Assembly (NCBI GenBank): GCA_951406725.2
Contig: OX597816.1
Location: 144,336,001-144,400,000, forward strand
Source of the DNA: Octopus vulgaris
Lineage: Eukaryota
DNA: 64,000 nt
Reading direction: 5' to 3'
The notes under the pieces are model-generated. The model was not told the DNA's origin, ran no database searches, and saw only the letters and a program-made list of their open reading frames with translations. The number at the start of each line of letters is the position of its first letter. Position 1 is the stretch's first letter. Shown here one piece after another: positions 39,854-51,948 of this stretch. The position numbers and the translations under genes were made by a program.

Positions 39854-39908
39854 TTGGGGGAAATTTCGAACCTGGGTTCTCATTCCTAAGGTATTCTTCG
39901 TTGTAGTT

Positions 39909-39968
39909 GTTCGAACTCGGAATCATGGGGTTAGTAGCCCACGCTTTTAACCACTACGCCATATGCCC
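39909..39968 (-). promoter_or_regulatory. tRNA-derived Pol III internal promoter (A and B boxes)
   Basis: gggcata-TGGCGTAGTGG-ttaaaagcgtgggctactaaccccatgattccga-GTTCGAAC; tRNA-like spacing. Confidence 0.7.
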
Positions 39969-41042
39969 GTGGGCATATGACTGAAGAAGGCTGGAGGGTA
40001 TATTAGCCGAAACGTTGTGTTAACAACAAACAAGATGAGGACAAATATCCGTCGAATGTAAATAATGCAAATAATGTATCACTATCCCTATTTAGAATTT
40101 ATATAACATAGTCCAAGAGAAAACAAGTACGAAAAAAAGACGGAAGAGTCATAGCTGTAACAGCAAGGCTGATCGAGGGTCAAATAATAACAACAGCAGC
40201 AACAACAATATCAACAACATTAAGAGCAAAGCAACATAAAATATCAAGTGTTTCAGACGAGAAACCGCCAGATATTGTGCTGGTGATGTGTGAGTGTTCG
40301 GTCAATGTCACATCGATATCATTGATTAATTCCACTGATCTACATTGACCAAATCATTTAGATAGCTTTGACTATATACGATGTGCAGTATGCGATGATG
40401 GAGAGTCATATAACTAAATCTTGTTAATATATATCGTGAAACCTTCAAACATGCTGTTCACCTTTTTATTATCCCAAAGGAAGAAGAACATCCAAATAAC
40501 CAGCTTTCTGAAGACGTGAAGCCAAGATGTGCTATGACTCTATGTAAACATTAATTCTATGCTTTATTAATACCTTTGTTATTATATATTCCACGATCAA
40601 AAGCGTTTCAGCCATAACCATCATGTATGTAGGAGTATGCAGGACTGCATTATCCAATGTATTAATTCTGCATCTAAGACGGGCTGGTGTGGTTTGACAA
40701 AGATTTTGCTGCTATTTCTAGCAGGTAGAGCGACCACCATGTCGAAGTTTCTTCTATCGTAAATCTTGATTGATTATATGTTTAACAAAATCCTATCCGT
40801 TTGAAATGATGTGCATGCCAGAGAAGGGGCTAAATGGCAATTCTTAAAGTAAATAAATAAACATTTCCTGATTAGTGAACTTTTCAGAATTGCCAGTTCT
40901 CGGAATGTTTTTGGCTCAAAGTAAACAAAAACCGAAAACTTCTCGGCTTATCATAAAGTTTATATACAAAGCGGTCGTTCAAAATACATAAATCAAGGCT
41001 TTTTCAGGATCAGTTTCTGTGATGTATGTGTATGCGTGGGTT

Positions 41043-41190
41043 GTATGTATGTATGTATGTATGTATGTATGTATGTATGTATGTATGTATGTATGTATGT
41101 ATGTATGTATGTATGTATGTATGTGTGTATGTATGTATGTGTGTATGTATGTATGTATGTATGTATGTATGTATGTATGTATGTATATAT
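41043..41190. repeat. (TATG)n microsatellite
   Basis: Direct inspection. Confidence 0.95.
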
Positions 41191-41292
41191 ATATTCCTGT
41201 AGTCATGCATGCATACATGTATGTGTGCATATGTGTGTGTATGCATGCACACATACATGTGCATATATGTGAACGTATATTCAGGTTATATT

Positions 41293-41726
41293 ACTCTCTC
41301 TTTTACTCTTTTACTTGTTTCAGTCATTTGACTGTGGCCAAGCTGGAGCATCGCCTCTTAGTCGAGCAAATCGACCCCAGGACTTATTCTTTGTTAGCCG
41401 AGTACTTATTCTATCAGTCTCTTTTGCCGAACCGCTAAGTTACGGGGACATAAACACACCAGCATCGGTTGTCAAGCGATGTTGGGGAGACAAACACAGA
41501 CACACAAACACATACACACAAACATATACACACACACATACATATAAGTGTATAGATATGTGCGGCGGGCTTCTTTCAATTTCCGTCTACCAAATCCACT
41601 CAGAAGGATTTGGTCGGCCCGAGGCTATAGTAGAAGACATTTGCCCAAGGTGCCACGCAGTGGGACTGAATCCGGAACCATGTGGTTCGTAAGCAAGCTA
41701 CTTACCACACAGCCACTCCTACGCCT
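41293..41726 (-). mobile_element. SINE family A, full-length
   Basis: Colinear with other copies; shares a diagnostic internal segment with 55151-55571. Confidence 0.9.
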
Positions 41727-42102
41727 ATTCTTAAAGTTTCGAAATTTTACAGACTTAACAACTATTTTGGTCTGGAATCGTGTATTAAAAATGAAGTAAG
41801 TAATTTAGTTTTGCTTCTCTAATAAACGAATGGTAAAAGCACAAACATTCTCACATGTATGATATATGAGCCTATGAATCCTGCTGTGTTTTCTGAATTT
41901 CCCTTCGGTTTTATTTACCCCAAAGAAGAACTCTATCCGAAACGTTGGATCATCCACTCCCCACGGCAACTTCACTGTAGCCTTCCTCATTACAATTTCC
42001 CCAAAATACAAGTCTTGTTACCACCAGTCTCATTGGATTCTGATTTATCTGATATACGTATATACATGTATACACACACACACACCACCACCATCATCAT
42101 CC

Positions 42103-42176
<74 letters not shown>

Positions 42177-42178
<2 letters not shown>

Positions 42179-42236
42179 GAGTGGCTGGACAAACGAAAGA
42201 AGGGCACTCAGCCAATTTATTGGGAGTTACATGTAA
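42177..42236 (+). mobile_element. Mariner-like terminal fragment (second copy at 59577-59636)
   Basis: TA-cgagtggctggacaaacgaaagaagggcactcagccaatttattgggagttacatgta occurs twice, each after (TA)n. Confidence 0.5.
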
Positions 42237-42357
42237 TCAAATTCAAAATGGCTGACGACTAGCATCACGCTTGGAACTCAAGAGTACCAACGAATTTGAA
42301 TCAAACTGTTTTGATCTCTCTCTCTCTCTTTCTATCTCTCTCTCTCTCTCTCTCTCT

Positions 42358-42428
<71 letters not shown>

Positions 42429-42496
42429 GTATGTATGTATGTATGTATGTATGTATGTATGTATGTATGTATGTATGTATGTAGCTTTTATCCATT

Positions 42497-42909
42497 ATCT
42501 TTCACTTGTTTCAGTCATTTGACTGCAGCCATGCTGGAGCCCCATCTTGAAGGGACTTTGTCGAACAAATCGACTCCAGGACTTTTTTAAAAAACCTAGT
42601 ACTTATTCTATAGATCTATTTTCCCGAACCGCTAAGTTAAGGGGAACGTAAATACACCAGCACCAGTTGTCAGGCGGTGGTGGGGGACAAACAGAGACAC
42701 ACGGACACACATAGACACACGCACACATATATATATACGTATATATGCATAAACGACGGGCTTGTTTCAGTTTTCGTCTACCAGATCTACTCACGAGGCT
42801 ATGGTCGGCCAGAGGCTATAGTAGAAGACACTTGCCCAAGGTGCCACGCAGTGGGACTGAACCTGAAACGATGTGATTGAGAAGTAAGCTTCTTACCACA
42901 GTCACGCCT
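42497..42909 (-). mobile_element. SINE family A, diverged copy
   Basis: Colinear with family A. Confidence 0.85.
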
Positions 42910-42945
42910 GACATACATACATACATACATACATACATACATACA

Positions 42946-42976
<31 letters not shown>

Positions 42977-43212
42977 TGATTTTGCAAACGTTTGGTTTGC
43001 CAAAGTTTATTATTGTTGTCATTTCCGGCATGTGTCAAACAATTTCTATCTGTCATAACTGTCCCATGATCTATTTGCAAATTAAAAAAATATTAAGATG
43101 GAAGAATCTATTCCTGCTATAAATGTTTCTTCTATTCTTACATTTTACAAACCGATGTTTCCTGTGTTTCTACGTGAACCATACATCTCAGAGTTCTCTC
43201 TCTTTCTCTCTC

Positions 43213-43315
<103 letters not shown>

Positions 43316-44252
43316 ATTAATGAACTTTAAGAGACGTTACCACTTCTCTGAAAGTTATTGGTGCAAAGTATACACAAGTCGAAAACAGCTCTGCTTATCA
43401 TAAAGCTTATAAACAAAGTAGTCTTTCATATATACCAAGGTTTAAGAATGTTTGTTTGTGTGTATGTTTATGTGTATGTGTTGACGTGTGTGGATGTGTG
43501 TGTGTGTGAATGTAAGTGGAAGAGTGTGTGTGTGAATGATTGTGCATATCAATTTATATATGGCATATTGCACCTAAGACCGTCTCGTATTTTTGGCAGT
43601 ATTTACGATATCATTCAATAATGTGCCCTTCCATTTTTAAAGATAGTTGGAGGTTATTTGAAGATTATGCTATTATTTCTTGCAGGTGGAACGATTGCAT
43701 AAAAGCTCCAATGTTTGCTCGTTCCGTACCTATATTTGATTGTTACGTGTACTGATGTACCTAGATGTACCTAGCATCAAATATTATCAAATATAGATTT
43801 CAGTAGCATCCAACTATAAAGCATCTTCCTAGTGTCTTCCAATTATGCAACTTTCCAAAGTTTTTCGATGGTTTCAAAATTGATTGTGTAAGTTTCGCTC
43901 TTAACTTTATATCTATTTATTAGATCATTAGACCTACTAGAATAAGTTTCGTCGTTTGCTACCCAGGGTTTTATGCCAAACAGTCTCTAGTGATTCGGGG
44001 TTGTATTAGTTCATATTTATTTTTCTTTAAACTGGGAGCTTGCGCTAAGGTTGAGAAATGTAATTTATTAAGGGATGAGTGTATGATGTGAGAGACTGTG
44101 ATTGTCTTCTTGTGTTGGTAACATTATTATGCTACTGCCAGCCACTCTTCATTCAGAAGATGATTAGGCAAAGAAGATCTATCGATGCTAATATACTTAG
44201 GAACTTTATTGCTTTAACCCACACTCAAAGTGTTATTAGTTGTTTCTACTAT

Positions 44253-44520
44253 AGGAGGCGCAATGGCCCAGTGGTTAGGGCAGCGGACTCGCGGTCGTAG
44301 ATCGCGGTTTCGATTCCCAAACCGGGCGTTGTGAGTGTTTATTGAGCGAAAACTCTTAAAGTTCCACGAGGCTCCGGCAGGGGATGGTAACGAATCCTGT
44401 TGTACTCTTTCACCACAACTTTCTCTCACCCTTTCTTCCTATTTCTGTTGTACCTGTATTTCAAAGGGCCAGCCTTGTCACACTCTGTGTCACGTTGAAT
44501 CTCCCCGAGAACTACGTTAA
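44253..44520 (+). mobile_element. tRNA-derived SINE family C, 3' truncated
   Basis: tggcccagtggttagg A box, ggtttcgattccc B box; body ends in a segment shared with 60018-60341. Confidence 0.8.
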
Positions 44521-44524
44521 TAAC

Positions 44525-45110
44525 CCTTTGTATTATAGGCAAAGGATCTAAAACTTTGGAGGACGGAGATAATTGATTACATCGACTCCAGTGCTCAATT
44601 GATGTTTATTTCATCGACCCCGAAAGAAGAAAGGCAATGTCAACTTCGGGGGAATTTGATTTCAGAACGTAAAGACGAACGAAATAACGCTAAGAAAATC
44701 TTCCGGCTCGCCATCTTTATAATCCTTTCTGTAATAGGCACAGGGCAGGAATTTTAGGATAAGGGTACAGTCGATTACATCGATTCCAGTACTTGACTGG
44801 TACTTAATTGATCGAACACAAAAGGATGAAAAGCAAAGTCGACCTCGGCGAATTTTGACCTCAGAATGTAAAGACGGACGATATACTGCTAAGCATTTTG
44901 TCCTGCCTACCACTTTCACCGTCTTAATAATAATGATATAATTTCTTACAAAGACAGATGGCTAATATCTTGTTGGAGGGTACTTTCGATGGGATTGACC
45001 CCAGTACTTGACTGATACTTATTTTATCGAAGCTGGATGGTGAACGGAAAAGTTTCAGAGGAATTCGAAATCAGAACGGAATGGAAGATAGCTGAATACC
45101 TCAAACATAT
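44525..45110 (-). mobile_element. Three tandem diverged SINE family B copies
   Basis: Repeated atcgacyccagt..atcgaccc..aaggcaa..aatttga..cagaac blocks at ~44525-44715, 44720-44920 and 44940-45110. Confidence 0.7.
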
Positions 45111-45496
45111 GTTGACCAATTCAAAAGGCGATACTACTCTGTTTTTGCTCGTCACGACATGTATTTGAATGTTGCGCATAACGATGGAACGAAATTATAA
45201 ACAAAATCGAAATACTAAATATAGTGACACAATGTTATAAAGATCTACGAATTTATGCCTCAGAAAACAAAAAAAAAAAAAATGTGGAATTCTACGGGAA
45301 CCGCTTGTAATAGTGGTGTCCTATATTAGCAACAAAAGTACTAGATGCTGGGGAAAATAGAAATGTGATGTAGGAGAAAAAAACAACAAAATCAACAAGC
45401 AAACAAGTAGCGGGGATTGACACAGACCGACAGGGTGAGATTATAAAACAATTAAGATATGAATAGATAATACACTACTACTGCTGCTGCTGCTAT

Positions 45497-45543
<47 letters not shown>

Positions 45544-46136
45544 GAAAGAGAGAGAGAGAGGGAGAGGGAAGGAGGGAGAAAGAGGTAGAAAGAGAGAGAG
45601 AGAAAAAGAGAGAGAGAAGAGGATTGAGTATATATATATATATATACACAAGAGCTTTACTAGAATTTCAAATATCGGTATGTATGTATGTATGTATGTA
45701 TGTATGTATGTATGTATGTATGTATGTGTGTATGTATGTGTGTATGTATGAATATACATTTGCATGTGTGTGTGTGTGTGTGTATGTGTGTGTGTGTTTG
45801 TGTGTGTATGTGCGTGTGTGTGTGTGCGTGTGTAAAGGAACAAATTTAGCCAATCTGAATATCGCAACGTGCCAAATAATCCTGTGCACCCACATATTAT
45901 GTAGATTATTGCCAAAATACCAGTCTGCTTTCGATGTTACTTTTAGTTGTTTTTTTTTTTTTTCCAAATATTTTTCATGCGTAGCAATAACGAAGATCTA
46001 CATGATAATGTTGATGATGATGATAACGACGACTATGATGATGATGATGATGACAATGATGAAGTTTGTTGTTATTGCCGCTATTATATTATCAATGTTA
46101 TTTTTTCCTATTCTCTTACTATTTAAGTGTGCGTGC

Positions 46137-46215
<79 letters not shown>

Positions 46216-46476
46216 TGTGTGTTTCAGGTAGCTGATTCTTAGAATGTTGAAAACATGAGAAGCAATACATAAATAGATTTAATGGAGTTCCATCATGTTT
46301 CGCGAATAATAAAAGTGGTTGTTGTTGGTGGTGATGATGCTTGAAGAGTTGTTGATGATGATGACGATGATGATGATGACGACGATGATGATGGTGATGA
46401 ACGTGACGATAATGGTGATGTGGTGGTTGGGTTGCTGGCTTCATTTGAACTTATGGAACTATTGTGTTATATGAGT

Positions 46477-46552
<76 letters not shown>

Positions 46553-46764
46553 CCTATCCATCTATCTATCTATCTGTCTGTCTGTCTATCCAAAATTCTC
46601 TCTTTCTCTTTGTATATATATGTGTACACACACACACACACTCACATGCAGACGCACACACAGGTGTGTGTAGTATACACAGAATAACTAGAACTTGAAA
46701 CATGAGTATATATATTTCTTGTTCAATATATATATAAATGAATCTATTTGAAATTAAGACGATG

Positions 46765-47020
46765 GTTATATTGGTTTCAAATTTTGGCACAAAACCAGTA
46801 GTTTCAGAGAAGTGGGTAAGACTCTTATCCACTTGCCTGAAACTACTGGTTACATCTGCAATGACAGGGGATACCAAAATGACTCCCCAGGATTCAACTG
46901 GTGTTTATTTTATCGATCCCGAAAGGATCAAAGACAAATCGATCTCGGTAGCATTTGAGCTCAGACCGTAAAGACGGACAAAATGCCGCTAAACATTTTG
47001 TCCAGCGTGCTAACGGTTCG
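46765..47020 (-). mobile_element. SINE family B copy
   Basis: Reverse complement of family B head and core. Confidence 0.7.
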
Positions 47021-47369
47021 GACAGCAAGACGATTGCTATATTGCTTTTGATAATGAGAAATTTACGGAATATTTTGGAAGATGTGAACCCGTTTCAAAC
47101 TGCAACTCCAAGAACGTTAATATTTTTGACGTAACAATGGGTTTTAGTAAAAGATTCTACGCCGATGGTTACAAACGGAAAAGCCTTAAGAATAAAGGTC
47201 ATAAAAATATATATTCACACAAATAGTTCACAACAATAAACATTTGGGAAAACTGCAAAGAATGTATAAAATTATAAAGTAACGAGCAAACAACAACTTA
47301 GATGAATACATACAGCGTCGATTATATATATTTAAAAAATGAGGTTTTGGTGAATTTATGTAACCGCAT

Positions 47370-47775
47370 AGCTTTGATAACTTTGACAGGTTTCGGCCAG
47401 TATAGGCCCAGGCCATGTCTAACTTAATAGCACAACCTGGTGATGTCTTTTAGTCATATATGCGGCACCATGGCCCACTCTAGCAAAAAGTTATTAATAT
47501 TGGAGACATACCCCGGTGTAGGAGGTTGGTCCGGGATGTTTTGAAAAAATTATCCAGTGAACTTTTGAATTTTATGGGATCCGTTTCCGTTTTGACGTAT
47601 TTTCGTATGGTATTAAAGAGAGCTGGACCGGTTGAGGTAAAGTAGTTGTGGCGTAATGTTATGTGTCCTGAGTTCTATTTTCGTACTGGGCGGATAGCAT
47701 GGGTGCCAAGTCTTGGGCACATTTTAAAATTGATGCCAACATCATTTGTGCAATATTAATGGAATATTTTCCAAC
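47370..47775 (-). mobile_element. CR1/L2-group LINE 3' end
   Basis: Minus strand WKIF..HNYFTSTGPALFNTI..FKSSLDNFF then (frameshift) NIPDQPPTPGYVSNINNFLLEW; short 3' UTR and tcaaagtta-like tail. Confidence 0.75.
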
Positions 47776-48077
47776 CTATATCTTATAAACTGAATAAAAT
47801 ATATATTTCATTTTATAAACTACTTTTTGAGTATATGTGTGTGTTGGGGGTGGGGTGGAAGAATCGGTTGTAGCTGACAAAAGCAGTTTCTCGTTTTCCA
47901 CTTTTAAATAACTACTAAATCTTTTTTCATCATGTCTACCTTTGATTCCAGAATGGGGTCTCAGAATCTCGATAGTAACGCACATGCGCGCCCGTGCGCA
48001 CACTCACTCATATACATACATATACATTAATGCATACGTATATATTAAGTTACATACATATACACATCCTCACATAA

Positions 48078-48294
48078 CTTTTGTTTCAGTCATTAGACTG
48101 CGGCTATGCTGGGGCACTGCCTCCAAGAGATTTTATTCGAAAGAATCGACCCCAGTACTTTTTAAAGCCTGGTACTTATTCTGTCAGTTTCTTTTGTCGA
48201 ACTGTTAGAATACGGGGAACGTAAACAAACCAACATCGGTTGTCAAGCGGTGGTGGGGACAAACACTGATACAAATACACTCCTCACACATAGT

Positions 48295-48336
<42 letters not shown>

Positions 48337-48466
48337 CGACAGCCTTCTTTCAGTTTCCGTCTACCAAATTTATTCACAAGTCTTTCGTCGGTCAGAGGCT
48401 ATAGTAGAAACTTGCCCAAGGTGCCACGCAGTAGAACTGAATCCGGAATCATGTGGTTGGGAAAGC
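48078..48466 (-). mobile_element. SINE family A with internal (GATA)n
   Basis: Colinear with family A. Confidence 0.8.
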
Positions 48467-48520
48467 TACCGTAGGTGTGCATGTGCGTGTGAGTGTGCAT
48501 GAAGAAGTTGTTCAGTAGAT

Positions 48521-48920
48521 ATTCTTTTCTATTCTAGGCACAAGGCCCGACATTTTTGGGGAGGGAGCCAGTCGATTAGATCGACTCCAGTATGCAACTG
48601 GAGTTAATTTATCAACCACGAAAGGATGAAAAGCAAAGCCGACCTCGGCGGAATTTGAACTCAGAACGTAAAGACAGACGATATACCTATTTCTTTACAA
48701 CCCACAAGGGGCTAAACACAGAAGGGATAAACAAGGACACACAAACGGATTAAATCGATTACATCGACCCCAGTGCGTAACTGGTACTTAATTTATCGAC
48801 CACGAAAGAATGAAAGGCAAAGTTGACCTCGGCGGAATTTGAGCTCAGAACGTAACGGCAGAGGAAATACAGCTACGCATTTCGCCCGGCGTGCTAACGT
48901 TTCTGCCAGCTCACCGCCTT
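48521..48920 (-). mobile_element. Two tandem SINE family B copies with different tails
   Basis: 48521-48685 and 48686-48920 each carry gacctcggcggaatttga..ctcagaacgtaa. Confidence 0.8.
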
Positions 48921-49190
48921 CAGTATAACAGATATTACATTTTGATTTGGTATGTAGGCGAGTGTTAGATGAAAAAAACAAAACAAAAAAAAACAAACAA
49001 AAACAAAAAAAAAAACTATTAGGTGAATTACTAAAAACGAAACTGTAAATGGCGACGCAAGTTAACACGAATTCGAAAGTGTTTTCTGATTAAAGGTATG
49101 AAAGAAAATATAGGAAGTGATATTATACCATGGCACTGAAAGGGACGAAATTATATATAACATAATTAATTATAAAAAAACTTATACAAC

Positions 49191-49371
49191 ATAGGCGCAG
49201 ACATAGCTGTGTGGTAAGATGTCTACTCCCCCAACTACATGGTTTCGGGTTCAGTTCCATTGCGTGACACCTTAGGTAAATGTTTTCTATAATAACAACA
49301 GGCAAACTAAAGCCTTGTGAGTGGATTTGATTGACGGAAACTGAAGGAAGCTCGTATGTATGTACGCATAA

Positions 49372-49430
<59 letters not shown>

Positions 49431-49608
49431 TAGATTTTTCCTTTGGGGGCTGCCCAGATCGGAGCAATCTCAAGATTAATCAGCCGAAATTGCGAAGATG
49501 ATCTGGTTCTTGACTGATGACTGAGGGCTTCGAATGTCCCGTCCTGTGGTTCTTGTGTCGTCTCTTTGGTGTTTCATGTTCTTGTCCATGTCTGTATTTA
49601 TTTTTTAC

Positions 49609-49665
<57 letters not shown>

Positions 49666-49833
49666 GAGTGTGTTTTGTGTTTACGTTACCGTAACTTAGC
49701 GGTTTGACAAAAGAATCCGATAGAATAAGTATCAGACTTATCAGATAGGTATTGGAGTCGATTTGTTCGACTAAAACTCTTCAAGACTGTGCCCCAGCAT
49801 GACCACAGTCCAATGAGTAAAACAAGTAAAAGA
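49191..49833 (+). mobile_element. SINE family A split at its internal (TA)n by a PLE-type insertion
   Basis: Head 49191-49360, tail 49667-49833, intervening 49428-49615. Confidence 0.8.
49428..49615 (+). mobile_element. PLE-like terminal repeat family 5 inserted in (TA)n
   Basis: cagccgaaattgcga..ggttcttgactga..gcttcgaatgtccc homologous to 33810-33941; TA on both sides. Confidence 0.7.
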
Positions 49834-50199
49834 TCAAATCGTATTGGCTTGCAAATTTAATCGGCTCAATGTAGTAGGAATGCTTTCGACAGTAATACGA
49901 AACCACAGTTTTAAATCTGAAAGTTTGAAAGGTTAAGAAAAAGACAATAAGTTTTATGTTTATGAAGTCGGTGTTGATTTACACTTGGAGACGAAACTTA
50001 AATTCTGGAACTTCAACCAGTGACCGGTTAAAAGGAGGAGTACATATACACATATGCTATTTTATTTATATTTTCATTGTGATACTCTATACCATTGTAA
50101 ATATCAAGATCAGATCGAAAAATCAAATCAAACCATCTGTGTGTTTATTTTTTAAATCCCGAAACATATCATATATCGTTCATATTAACAATCTTAGCG

Positions 50200-50271
<72 letters not shown>

Positions 50272-50627
50272 GCATGGACGGATCTCCGTTGGTTTCGAGA
50301 AGTGTTTTCAGGTATTCAATCACCTGAATTAAAAACGAAGTGGCTGAGTATTCCAGGGACATACGTGCCCTTAACGTAATTCTCTGACAGAATAAGTGTG
50401 ACACAGAGTGCAACAAGGCTGTACCTTCGAAATACAAGTACTGTCAATCCGACAGACTTCTATGCAGTTTCTCTCTACTTACTTTCATTCGCGGTATTGG
50501 TGACTATTCGCTTTGTAACCACATGGTCTCAGGTTCGATATCACTGTGTTGTATCTTGAGCAGATATAATAACTTTCTTTAGACTAAAGTCGACACAGCT
50601 TGTGAGTGAAAATGGATAGACATACAC

Positions 50628-50654
50628 CTCGGTTGTCAAGCGATGGTGGAGGGA

Positions 50655-50693
<39 letters not shown>

Positions 50694-50841
50694 GACAGGC
50701 TTCTTTCAGTTCCCGTCTTCCAGTCAGACGGCTTTGGTCGGCTCGAGGCTAAAGTAAAATATACTTGCCCAAGGTGCCACGCAGTGGAACTGAACCCCGA
50801 ACCATGTGGTTGGGAAGCAAGCTTACCACACAGCCACGCCT
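50628..50841 (-). mobile_element. SINE family A partial copy
   Basis: Matches family A head and middle. Confidence 0.8.
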
Positions 50842-51777
50842 GCACCTGTTCATAACCTTTTTGTGAATCTACGTAGAAATGGTTAAATTCGCCATGTTTG
50901 TAAGTCGGCTATGTAGGTTTATTGATTGACTCATTCATTCATTCATTCATTCACTCATTCATTCATTCATTCATTCATGCATGCATGCATTCATTCATGC
51001 ATTCATTCATGCATACATACATACATACACACATACATTCGCGCGCGTATATGTAATATTTATATCATTATCATCATCATCATCATCATCATCATGCGTT
51101 TCACTGTTCTCTTTTAATCTATCCATAGCAATGGCTATTAGAGTCATCATTATTAGATCGTTGTTGCCGGTTAGAATACAGGCTTTGTTATGAGCCAGTG
51201 GGAAACTATAAGTCTCATATCAAGACCATACTCGTGTAAAAACAATTGTGAATATCACATAAATCCCCTTGCTTCTTAACTTGCATCATCTTAACTCCAG
51301 TACTTATCTTAGTCCAGTGCCTATTTCATAGATCAATATTGATTGAACAGGGCGAAGTTAGCTTTTGATACAACATTGGTTGTGTGTGCGCGCGTGTGTG
51401 TATCCAGGTTGACGTAAACATCAACATGGAAACATACACACACACACAAGCACGACGGGCGTTGACAAACTTTGTGTCAAGCAAATTCTTTTAATTTTGG
51501 TCAATTCGGGGTGAGAATAGAAGATACTTGCTCAAATTATTATGCAGTGGGATCGAAGTCGGATCTACGTGGTTTGAAAGCGAAATTCTTAACCATACAT
51601 CCGTGAATTAAATACAAATGCCTAATCCTGTCTCGAGCCCTCAACATTTGATGGTATCGTAAGGGTACCTTCGTGATATATTGCGTCGAGAGCATCTGAC
51701 TCAGGCCGCAGCCAATCCCTCTACTGGAATGACCGTAGCCAATTTCTTCCAGAATGTGCGAGAGAGAAAGACACTAG

Positions 51778-51780
<3 letters not shown>

Positions 51781-51840
<60 letters not shown>

Positions 51841-51879
51841 TAGAGAGAGGGAGAGAGAGAGAAAAAGAAAGAGATAGAG

Positions 51880-51945
<66 letters not shown>
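51781..51945. repeat. (GA)n/(GATA)n microsatellite
   Basis: Direct inspection. Confidence 0.95.

Positions 51946-51948
<3 letters not shown>

Larger units (their letters stand above)
39720..40077 (-). mobile_element. Composite retroposon: inverted PLE-type repeat, tRNA-derived head and hammerhead-bearing PLE-type 3' end, flanked by a 13-bp direct repeat
   Basis: atcactatcccta at 39707-39719 and 40078-40090; ~98-bp inverted arms 39751-39848 and 39981-40078; A/B boxes at 39909-39968. Confidence 0.8.

Noticed and set aside
44253-44330. Apparent tRNA gene (also 60270-60341 and 39909-39968)
   Set aside because: Acceptor stem not closed and followed by repeat bodies; these are SINE heads, not tRNA genes.
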